Below, piece after piece: positions 1 to 5,358 of a stretch of 6,282 nt of DNA (positions within the stretch are counted from its first letter, which is position 1; each line of letters opens with the position of its first letter). This DNA is from a virus (Duplodnaviria > Heunggongvirae > Uroviricota > Caudoviricetes). A program made the translations under genes and the position numbers. Location: IMG/VR virus record IMGVR_UViG_2547132488_000016; one strand, written 5' to 3'. A model generated the notes under the pieces. It was not told the DNA's origin, made no database searches, and was given only the letters and a program-made list of their open reading frames with translations.

Positions 1-254
1 GCATCGATAAAGCAGCGGGTGCCTTCATCTGCAAGATCTTTAGAATAACGGGTAAAGTCATCGATGCTGGCAGTGGAAAGCGCACCACGGAAACGGAAAC
101 GATTTAAATTAAATTTTTCCAGATCATGAATGCGGAAATTCTCAGGCAATGCCACAGCATCGGCACCAATCTTACTGATAATTTCATTAACACCCTGAGC
201 AGAAATAAGGGCATGGATTTGATTAATTGCGGTTGCGTCTAAGTTCTGAGACAT
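1..254 (-). CDS. Phage early-left protein of unknown function, N-terminal 84 codons only (gene continues past window start)
   Basis: Minus-strand ATG at 254..252 preceded by GAGGA 6 nt upstream (minus strand reads ATAGTGAGGACTTATT-ATG). Frame stays open to position 1 ([48 protein letters not shown]...). Absent from the ORF track only because no stop falls inside the window. Possibly a DUF2303/YfdQ-like prophage protein, but that is from memory and unverified. Confidence 0.6.
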
Positions 255-319
255 AATAAGTCCTCACTATATTAAGATATTCAGTGATGAGATAAATAAT
301 CAGTTAATTAAGAACGATA

Positions 320-682
320 TTAATGACCTGCTGCGCGGAGTTTTCCGTCAGGCTCACCGGCAAGAGTCAGTAATTGTCCCTGGTCTTCCTGCAGAATAGT
401 CAGGCGACCACCGCGATTGACATACATCGGCGTTTCGGTGGTGTCTTCTTCGGAAATTTTCCCGCGGTTAGTCGGGCGAACATATGAGAGTTTGTGTTTG
501 ATTTTCACACGGTTCTCATCAAATGGTTCGATTTCCAGGTTGAGTGAGACCTTACCTTTGGTTTTCGTGTTCATCACACCTGAAGCGACTTCACTGAGAA
601 CTGCGCCGATTTTGGTTTCAAATACGCCGCCGTCCAGCTCCCCGATAAATGCCTGCACATCAGTACTACGTTCGCTAGCCAT
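320..682 (-). CDS. Hypothetical phage protein, 120 aa
   Basis: Minus-strand ORF with TAA stop at 322..320. ATG at 682 is preceded by GAGGAG 8 nt upstream (minus strand ATGATGAGGAGCAGCAAA-ATG). The ORF track extends it to 1000, but the extra 106 codons are Arg/Cys/His/Pro-rich low-complexity sequence in the GC-rich hairpin region, so 682 is taken as the start (in-frame ATG at 700 is an alternative). No family recognised. Confidence 0.65.
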   Translation of the reverse strand: MASERSTDVQAFIGELDGGVFETKIGAVLSEVASGVMNTKTKGKVSLNLEIEPFDENRVKIKHKLSYVRPTNRGKISEEDTTETPMYVNRGGRLTILQEDQGQLLTLAGEPDGKLRAAGH

Positions 683-730
683 TTTGCTGCTCCTCATCAT
701 ATCGACCCTGCAAGGTCGGTTGGTTTCTCC

Positions 731-819
731 ACAAAACAGAGAAGAACACCTGCGGTGGCAGCCGCCCGGATGGATTGGGTTATGAGCCCGTCGTCCGGTG
801 ATGCTCTTCTCTGTTTTGT
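731..819. repeat. Perfect 15-bp inverted repeat (ACAAAACAGAGAAGA / TCTTCTCTGTTTTGT) flanking a 59-bp spacer; hairpin-forming
   Basis: Read directly: 731..745 is the exact reverse complement of 805..819. Both arms end in TTTTGT, so either transcript would carry a stem followed by a short U-tract. Lies in a 437-bp stretch (683..1119) with no convincing ORF. Confidence 0.6.
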
Positions 820-1119
820 AAAAAGGACGGTACCAGCCGGAAGCAAGGGTACAAACTGGTACCGCCAGGACTACACACAGCATAAAGTTGTGGTGCCGGG
901 TGCCTCCCGGTGCCTGGCGAAGGTTGCACACCAGACGGGTGGGTATCCACAGAAGGTCGACTGTCAGCCTCAACCTTAACCCGCGTGCGCTGAGCCGCAT
1001 TCACCACAACGCTAAGGATTCTCTTTGGTTGAAAATACTTAGCTGTTATGTGCCTGTCTTTTCACCACTTCAGGCTCGGTGGTATCCTTTTAAGCCCGTA
1101 TACATAAAAGGAAAATCAA

Positions 1120-1365
1120 ATGACTTTTGATGAAAAAGAACTTGATAATGCAATTAATAAAATCATCGTAACGTCGCTCTTTTCCTGTCTCAGCGACACT
1201 CAGCAGAAACAGTTCTACGAATCGGCTTTCAACATGATCGAGCGTTGTTGTTTCTGCGATGCCGACGAGTTACCTGAAAAAATCAGGAAACAGTTGGCTG
1301 ATGCTCTTCGAGTGCGACTTTCTGACCAATTTTCTGAAATGTGCTCTCCGAATTTGGACAAATAG
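1120..1365 (+). CDS. Hypothetical small protein, 81 aa (AT-rich accessory ORF)
   Basis: ATG at 1120 preceded by AAAGGAAAA (core AAGGA about 7 nt upstream); TAG stop at 1363..1365. Helix-like C-terminal half (PEKIRKQLADALRVRLSDQFSEM), Cys-rich centre (CCFCDAD). Lower GC than flanks. Its 3' end overlaps the convergent minus-strand ORF by 83 nt, so only one of the pair may be real over the overlap. Confidence 0.45.
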   Translation: MTFDEKELDNAINKIIVTSLFSCLSDTQQKQFYESAFNMIERCCFCDADELPEKIRKQLADALRVRLSDQFSEMCSPNLDK

Positions 1366-1579
1366 AAAAAGGCCATTTCCATTCAGGGTCTGATGGAAAT
1401 ACTTCAGCCTGTTCCAAAGCACGGCGTAAAGAGAACACAACTCCAGCCATAATCTGATGTTTCCCATTGGTCCAGCTATCGCCGCTCTGATCTACAGGGG
1501 CGGCTATGTCGTATGACCAAACGACTTCACAGTTATTGTTTAAAATCTGGACTTTCATTTCATACACCTGCTTTAACAT
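1283..1579 (-). CDS. Hypothetical small protein, 91-98 aa; first ORF downstream of the PL-like promoter
   Basis: Minus-strand ORF with stop at 1285..1283. ATG at 1579 has only a weak AGG upstream; the in-frame ATG at 1558 has AGGTG 6 nt upstream (minus strand AAGCAGGTGTATGAA-ATG) and may be the true start. Not Arg-rich, so not an obvious N-type antiterminator. Overlaps the 3' end of the plus-strand ORF 1120..1365. Confidence 0.4.
   Translation of the reverse strand: MLKQVYEMKVQILNNNCEVVWSYDIAAPVDQSGDSWTNGKHQIMAGVVFSLRRALEQAEVFPSDPEWKWPFSICPNSESTFQKIGQKVALEEHQPTVS
1359..1400 (-). terminator. Possible weak intrinsic terminator (minus strand): 8-bp AT-rich stem, 10-nt loop, then GGCC + TTTTTCTATT
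   Basis: ATTTCCAT (1375..1382) is the exact reverse complement of ATGGAAAT (1393..1400). On the minus strand the hairpin is followed by GGCCTTTTTCTATT. The stem is short and AT-rich with a 4-nt gap before the T-run, and it sits inside the minus-strand ORF, hence low confidence. Confidence 0.25.
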
Positions 1580-1683
1580 GAGTGCCTAGTGGCACAACAT
1601 GACTCAACGAATCATCCTGGACTTCATATGCCCCAGGCGGCTACTTCGTGGGCGTCCTGCCTGTTCGTTACTGCAACATCTTT

Positions 1684-1730
1684 AAGTTGTAATCTAGTTG
1701 TTGTTTTGGTTGTTGTCAACAACTTTATGT
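1684..1730 (-). promoter_or_regulatory. PL-like leftward early promoter with overlapping operator repeats (OL-like)
   Basis: Minus strand reads TTGACA (plus 1714..1719) - 17 nt - TAGATT (plus 1691..1696). A perfect 7-1-7 palindrome GTTGTTG-T-CAACAAC (1709..1723) overlaps the -35, and the same AAGTTGT/ACAACTT half-site motif found between cI and cro recurs at 1684..1690 and 1697..1704. Confidence 0.5.
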
Positions 1731-1913
1731 GGTTTTAACGGATGTGAAATGAGGGCTAGGGTTATCAAAAAAGGAGGTTGTATGGACGATGCGCTTTTAA
1801 TTGCACAATGGACACTTTCCTTCCGTGATTGGAAACTCTCAAATCACGGGAGGAAGATTGAAAAGGCGGGTAATAATGGTAACTAAATTTCTGAAGGAAT
1901 GTTTTTTGATGCA

Positions 1914-2600
1914 TTACCAAGTGCGCGATGACCAGAATACTCTACCTATAACGTGAATTCTGGAACGCCTATCTTCGAAGGTGAGTATTTCATCTGGATA
2001 CTCATCTTTATTGAAACTTCTTAGAATCAGACCACCGTCAGGTAAATTGATCAATATCTTAACTCTAAGTAATACGCCATCACGTATAGCATAAAGATCC
2101 CCATCACGAATAGGAACTGTTTGGGAAACATCAACAGCAACAAAATCTCCATTGTTAAGTACAGGTAGTAAACTATTACCCCAAATTTTTACGATCTTTG
2201 CATTGGAGACACATACACCAGCTTTCCTTAAATCAATCCTTCTTAGCGGGAACCAGTCTACAGTTGATTCAACTATTTCAGCCAAACATCCATTACCCGC
2301 TGATAACTCGACATCTAGGACAGGAATGTTTGCAAAAATGTCAGGATCTAATGTTGTACTTTCAGCCTCCTTTACAACAAGGTTTGGGAAAGACGCGTTA
2401 TCCTCAATGCCCAATTGCAACCACTTTTGAGAAACCCCTAACACTTTAGCAATCTCTTTAATTTTCCGAGGCTGTTGAGTTTCTCCATTCTCGATTTTTG
2501 CTACGGATTGTTGTGAAAGCCCAATCTTTTCAGCTAGTTGCGCCTGACTCATTCCTGCTTTTTCTCTTTCGCTTTTTAGTCTTTCTGCCAATGTTTTCAC
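1914..2600 (-). CDS. CI-like prophage repressor (HTH_XRE N-terminal domain + LexA/S24 autopeptidase C-terminal domain), 228 aa
   Basis: GTG start at 2600 with GAGGGGGA 6 nt upstream on the minus strand. N-terminal HTH (MSQAQLAEKIGLSQQSVAKIENGE), candidate Ala-Gly autocleavage site (ELSAGNG), Ser in GNSLLP and Lys in LRVKIL about 40 residues apart (S24 Ser/Lys dyad). Divergent from a Cro-like gene across an operator region. Confidence 0.9.
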   Translation of the reverse strand: MKTLAERLKSEREKAGMSQAQLAEKIGLSQQSVAKIENGETQQPRKIKEIAKVLGVSQKWLQLGIEDNASFPNLVVKEAESTTLDPDIFANIPVLDVELSAGNGCLAEIVESTVDWFPLRRIDLRKAGVCVSNAKIVKIWGNSLLPVLNNGDFVAVDVSQTVPIRDGDLYAIRDGVLLRVKILINLPDGGLILRSFNKDEYPDEILTFEDRRSRIHVIGRVFWSSRTW

Positions 2601-2737
2601 AACATATCCCCCTCGTTTTTATTGAGGTTACAACTTTATGTTTTAGCTTTCCAACATCTAAAAGTTGTGATAAAAGTTGTTATAGTTGTATAATCGAAGT
2701 TATCAACAACTTTACTACTTACAGATAGGAGAAAGCT
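2601..2737. promoter_or_regulatory. OR-like divergent operator/promoter region between cI and cro (PR-like promoter: TTGTGA 2665..2670, TATAAT 2689..2694)
   Basis: Repeated half-sites AAGTTGT (2662..2668, 2674..2680, variant 2685..2691) and ACAACTT/CAACAAC (2630..2637, 2704..2710); outer inverted repeat AAGTTGTT...AACAACTT brackets the consensus -10 TATAAT. -35 TTGTGA with 18-nt spacer. cro SD GGAG 6 nt before ATG 2738. The PRM-like cI promoter could not be placed confidently. Confidence 0.55.
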
Positions 2738-2986
2738 ATGACACCTGAGCAATTAGCCTTATCAGAGGCAATCGCTCTGGCTGGTGGTCAATCAGAATTG
2801 GCTCGGAAGCTCACAGCCAGCAGTGGTCGTTTAGTAAAGCAACAACATGTCTGGAACTGGTTGAACAGAGAAAAGCGTCCCCCTGCAAAGCTCTCGATAT
2901 TCATTGAAATGACCACTGGCGTATCAAAAGAAAAATTACGTCCAGATATTTTTCAAAAGATTAAAGACTTATCAGATGGAAAGTAA
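2738..2986 (+). CDS. Cro-like / YdaS-like small HTH regulator, 82 aa
   Basis: ATG 2738 with AGGAG upstream; TAA stop 2984..2986. Small HTH protein (ALAGGQSELARKLTASSGRLVKQQHVWNWL) immediately rightward of the operator and divergent from cI, the canonical cro position. Resembles the YdaS (Cro analogue) family by motif memory only. Confidence 0.85.
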   Translation: MTPEQLALSEAIALAGGQSELARKLTASSGRLVKQQHVWNWLNREKRPPAKLSIFIEMTTGVSKEKLRPDIFQKIKDLSDGK

Positions 2987-3008
2987 CCACAGTTTTAAGG
3001 AGATAGCC

Positions 3009-3566
3009 GTGGGTAAGCATCACTGGAAAGTAGAAAAACAGCCTGAGTGGTACGTGAAAGCTGTCAGAAAAACTATCGCGGCGTTGCCGGGTGGTTACGC
3101 TGAAGCAGCTGAGTGGCTGGATGTAACAGAGAACGCTTTATTCAACCGCCTTCGTGCAGATGGCGATCAGATTTTCCCGCTGGGATGGGCAATGATTTTA
3201 CAACGTGCTGGTGGAACTCACTTCATTGCTGACGCTGTGGCGCAGTCTGCAAATGGCGTCTTTGTGTCTCTTCCTGACGTCGAGGATGTGGACAACGCCG
3301 ATATTAACCAGCGTCTGCTGGAAGTAATTGAACAGATCGGCAGTTATTCCAGACAGATTCGTTCGGCAATCGAAGATGGGGTAGTGGAGCCACACGAGCA
3401 GACAGCAATTAATGATGAGTTGTATCTGTCAATTTCGAAGCTCCAGGAGCATGCAGCACTGGTCTACAAAATCTTCTGCGCTCCAGAAAAGAGTAACGCC
3501 CGCGAGTGTGCAGCTCCGGGCGTCGTGGCGTCGATTGCTTCTGGTTGTGGAGAAACTAACGCATGA
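3009..3566 (+). CDS. YdaT-like / CII-analogue early regulator, about 185 aa
   Basis: Open frame 2976..3566. GTG at 3009 has a perfect AAGGAG 6 nt upstream (2997..3002), whereas the ATG at 2976 has no SD and overlaps the cro stop, so 3009 is preferred (2976 is the alternative). Occupies the cII position after cro. Stop TGA 3564..3566 overlaps the next ATG (ATGA), indicating translational coupling. YdaT-family assignment is from memory, unverified. Confidence 0.75.
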   Translation: MGKHHWKVEKQPEWYVKAVRKTIAALPGGYAEAAEWLDVTENALFNRLRADGDQIFPLGWAMILQRAGGTHFIADAVAQSANGVFVSLPDVEDVDNADINQRLLEVIEQIGSYSRQIRSAIEDGVVEPHEQTAINDELYLSISKLQEHAALVYKIFCAPEKSNARECAAPGVVASIASGCGETNA

Positions 3567-3921
3567 ACAGTTTAACAACACACTACCGTCGCTCGCAACT
3601 GATTGCGCTTCCGGTACCGGGTGGAAAAGCGAAGGTGGAGTATTGCTATGCAGTGAATGTACCAGGTGACAGGGAAATTGTAACCCACAGCTTTGCAGAG
3701 TGGGCTGTGGGTGATTTCAACCGGCAGAAGGAGACAGTCCTTTGCGACAAGTTAACCGCTGGTTCAAAGATCACTACGGAGTGCCCGTCAGAGTCATTCG
3801 TTGGGAGCCGGAAACACAACGGGTTATCTACCTCCGTGAAGGCTATGAACATGAATGCTTCAGCCCGCTCGAACAGTTTCGTCGTAAATTCAGGGAAATA
3901 GAGGTCGGTCATGAGCACTAA
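3563..3921 (+). pseudogene. Small early gene with a broken reading frame: N-terminal part in one frame (3563..about 3750), C-terminal part in the -1 frame (about 3715..3921)
   Basis: ATG 3563 (ATGA overlap with upstream stop) opens a frame with good codon usage for about 60 codons ([53 protein letters not shown]). Beyond about 3750 that frame becomes Ser/Asn-rich with rare codons, while the -1 frame, open from 3715 to TAA 3919..3921, reads protein-like with common codons ([58 protein letters not shown]) and ends 11 nt inside the next gene. Alternative: a separate 59-codon gene from TTG 3742, which has AAGGAG 7 nt upstream. Confidence 0.5.
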
Positions 3922-4867
3922 ATTAACCGGCTATGTATGGGATGGTTGCGCTGCGTCAGGCATGAAGTTATCCAGCGTGGCAATTATGGCCCGCCTGGCT
4001 GATTTCAGTAATGACGAAGGTGTATGCTGGCCATCAATTGAAACCATTGCCCGCCAGATTGGCGCGGGGATGAGTACCGTCAGAACGGCTATCGCACGGC
4101 TGGAAGCAGAAGGCTGGTTAACGCGTAAGGCGCGTCGCCAGGGTAACCGCAATGCGTCGAATGTTTATCAGCTTAACGTTGCGAAGCTTCAGGCAGCGGC
4201 ATTTTCTCAACTGTCAGATTCTGACCCGTCAAAATCTGACGCATCAAAATCTGACGCATCAAAATCTGACCCGTCAAAATTTGATGCGTCGAAATCTGGC
4301 AAAAAAGCGGGTTTTCACCCGTCAGAATCTGGCGGGGATCCGTCAGTAAAATCAAAACATGATCCGTCAGATAAAAAAACTTCTCGTCCGGACGCTTCGC
4401 AACCGGACACGCAGACGGATGAACAGGATTTTTTAACTCGCCATCCTGATGCGGTTGTATTCAGCCCTAAAAAGCGCCAGTGGGGGACGCAGGATGATTT
4501 GACCTGCGCACAGTGGCTCTGGAAAAAAATCATCGCCTTGTACGAGCAGGCCGCCGAATGTGACGGCGAGGGGGTTCGTCCCAAAGAACCTAACTGGACA
4601 GCCTGGGCAAACGAAATTCGCCTGATGTGTGTGCAGGATGGTCGTACTCACAAACAAATCTGCGAGATGTACAGCCGCGTCAGCCGCGATCCGTTCTGGT
4701 GCCGTAACGTGCTCAGCCCGTCGAAGTTGCGGGAAAAATGGGATGAGCTTTCCCTGCGATTATCGCCGTCCGTCAGCACGTACACCGAAAAACGCGAAGA
4801 CCCGTATTTCAAAGCCAGTTACGACAACGTGGACTACAGCCAGATCCCGGCAGGATTCAGGGGGTGA
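3911..4867 (+). CDS. Phage replication initiator (lambda O-like role): N-terminal winged-HTH DNA-binding domain, repeat-rich acidic linker, C-terminal domain; 318 aa
   Basis: ATG 3911 with GAGG 6 nt upstream; TGA stop 4865..4867. N-terminal HTH-like segment (SSVAIMARLADFSNDEGVCWPSIETIARQIGAGMSTVRTAIARLEAEGWLTRK). The gene contains tandem 15-bp iterons that encode an SKSDASKSDASKSDPSKFDASKS repeat, as in lambda O, where ori lies inside the gene. Position after cro/cII-like genes fits. Confidence 0.8.
   Translation: MSTKLTGYVWDGCAASGMKLSSVAIMARLADFSNDEGVCWPSIETIARQIGAGMSTVRTAIARLEAEGWLTRKARRQGNRNASNVYQLNVAKLQAAAFSQLSDSDPSKSDASKSDASKSDPSKFDASKSGKKAGFHPSESGGDPSVKSKHDPSDKKTSRPDASQPDTQTDEQDFLTRHPDAVVFSPKKRQWGTQDDLTCAQWLWKKIIALYEQAAECDGEGVRPKEPNWTAWANEIRLMCVQDGRTHKQICEMYSRVSRDPFWCRNVLSPSKLREKWDELSLRLSPSVSTYTEKREDPYFKASYDNVDYSQIPAGFRG
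4213..4380. repeat. Probable replication origin: five to six tandem 15-bp iterons (TCAAAATCTGACGCA and variants, 4214..4303), degenerate copies to about 4336, then an A-rich tract (4371..4379)
   Basis: Read directly: 4229..4243 and 4244..4258 are identical; 4259..4273, 4274..4288 and 4289..4303 are 1- to 4-mismatch variants; 4214..4228 is a degenerate copy containing the palindrome GTCAGA-T-TCTGAC. Two GATC sites (4337..4340, 4361..4364) and an A-rich tract follow. The layout mirrors lambda ori (iterons plus an AT-rich region inside O). Confidence 0.7.
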
Positions 4868-4869
4868 TC

Positions 4870-5358
4870 ATGAGTCTTTTGAATGAAGTTCAGAAATTCA
4901 TTGAAGCCCATCCGGGGTGTACTTCCGGAGACATTGCGGATGCTTTTGCAGGTTACTCACGGCAGCGCGTTCTGCAGTCAGCAAGCAAGTTACGTCAGAG
5001 TGGGCGTGTGGCTCACCGTTGTGAAGGAGATACACGCAGACATTTCCCACGCCTGACTGAGAGAGCGCAGGAGCCGGAACCACAACCAGTTCGTGAAACC
5101 AGACCTGTGCGCAATTTCTATGTCGGCACTAACGATCCCCGGGTGATTTTGTGCCTGACCCGCCAGGCGGAAGAACTGGAGTCCAGGGGCTTATACCGTC
5201 GTGCTGCAACGGTGTGGATGGCGGCATTCCGTGAAAGCCACTCCCAGCCAGAACGAAACAATTTTCTGGCGCGTCGTGAGCAGTGTTTACGGAAAAGCAG
5301 CAAGCGCGCTGTATCGGGTGATGAGTGGTATCTGTCAGGGAATTACGTGGGGGCTTAA
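4870..5358 (+). CDS. Putative transcriptional regulator: N-terminal winged-helix-like domain plus C-terminal PerC/Pch-like motif; about 162 aa
   Basis: ATG 4870 with GGGGG 5 nt upstream (GTG 4864, overlapping the upstream TGA, is the alternative); TAA stop 5356..5358. The C-terminal segment AEELESRGLYRRAATVWMAAF matches the PerC-family hallmark (LE..GLWRRAA..W) by eye. N-terminus (LLNEVQKFIEAHPGCTSGDIADAFAGYSRQRVLQSASKLRQSGRV) looks like a small wHTH. Confidence 0.65.
   Translation: MSLLNEVQKFIEAHPGCTSGDIADAFAGYSRQRVLQSASKLRQSGRVAHRCEGDTRRHFPRLTERAQEPEPQPVRETRPVRNFYVGTNDPRVILCLTRQAEELESRGLYRRAATVWMAAFRESHSQPERNNFLARREQCLRKSSKRAVSGDEWYLSGNYVGA

Noticed and set aside
525-536. GGTTCGATTTCC, resembling a tRNA T-arm
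   Set aside because: Lies inside the 320..682 coding sequence and no flanking cloverleaf (acceptor or anticodon stems) could be built.
731-819. 15-bp perfect inverted repeat as terminal inverted repeats of a MITE or IS element
   Set aside because: Arms are only 59 bp apart, with no transposase and no visible target-site duplication; a hairpin is more parsimonious.
683-1000. Upstream 106-codon extension of the minus-strand ORF 320..1000
   Set aside because: Arg/Cys/His/Pro-rich low-complexity translation, no SD at the far start, and it lies in the GC-rich hairpin region. A strong GAGGAG precedes the internal ATG at 682, so the extension is treated as non-coding.
417-1130. Track ORFs 417..785 (+), 755..979 (+), 780..1007 (-), 888..1130 (+)
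   Set aside because: Antisense to the 320..682 gene or confined to the GC-rich structured stretch; compositions are Ser/Pro/Arg-rich with no SD-supported starts.
1423-1437. boxA-like sequence (minus strand GTTCTCTTTACG) as a possible nut site
   Set aside because: Only 7 of 9 matches to CGCTCTTTA, it lies inside an ORF rather than in the PL leader, and no Arg-rich N-like protein is present.
1270-1467. Track ORF 1270..1467 (-)
   Set aside because: Alternative frame of the overlap between the two convergent small ORFs; basic, low-complexity translation with no RBS.
2152-2728. Track ORFs 2152..2430 (+), 2198..2449 (+), 2498..2728 (+)
   Set aside because: Antisense to the well-supported cI gene or running across the operator region; no SD, implausible composition.
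3715-3760. Programmed -1 ribosomal frameshift joining the two frames of the small gene
   Set aside because: No X-XXY-YYZ slippery heptamer found in the overlap, and no obvious downstream pseudoknot; a mutation or sequencing indel is the simpler explanation.
3198-3918. Track ORFs 3198..3395 (-), 3412..3669 (+), 3646..3918 (-)
   Set aside because: Alternative frames or antisense of the YdaT-like gene and the frame-broken gene; Cys/Ser/Arg-rich with no RBS.
4213-4303. Tandem 15-bp repeats as a CRISPR array
   Set aside because: Repeats are contiguous with no spacers and only 15 bp long, they lie inside a coding frame, and no cas genes are present; this is an iteron cluster.
3931-4657. Track ORFs 3931..4152 (-), 4152..4349 (+), 4173..4355 (-), 4315..4584 (-), 4433..4657 (-)
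   Set aside because: Alternative frames or antisense of the replication initiator. The 4152..4349 and 4173..4355 translations (TRQNLTHQNLTHQNL, ILTGQILMRQILMRQ) are artefacts of reading the 15-bp iterons out of frame.
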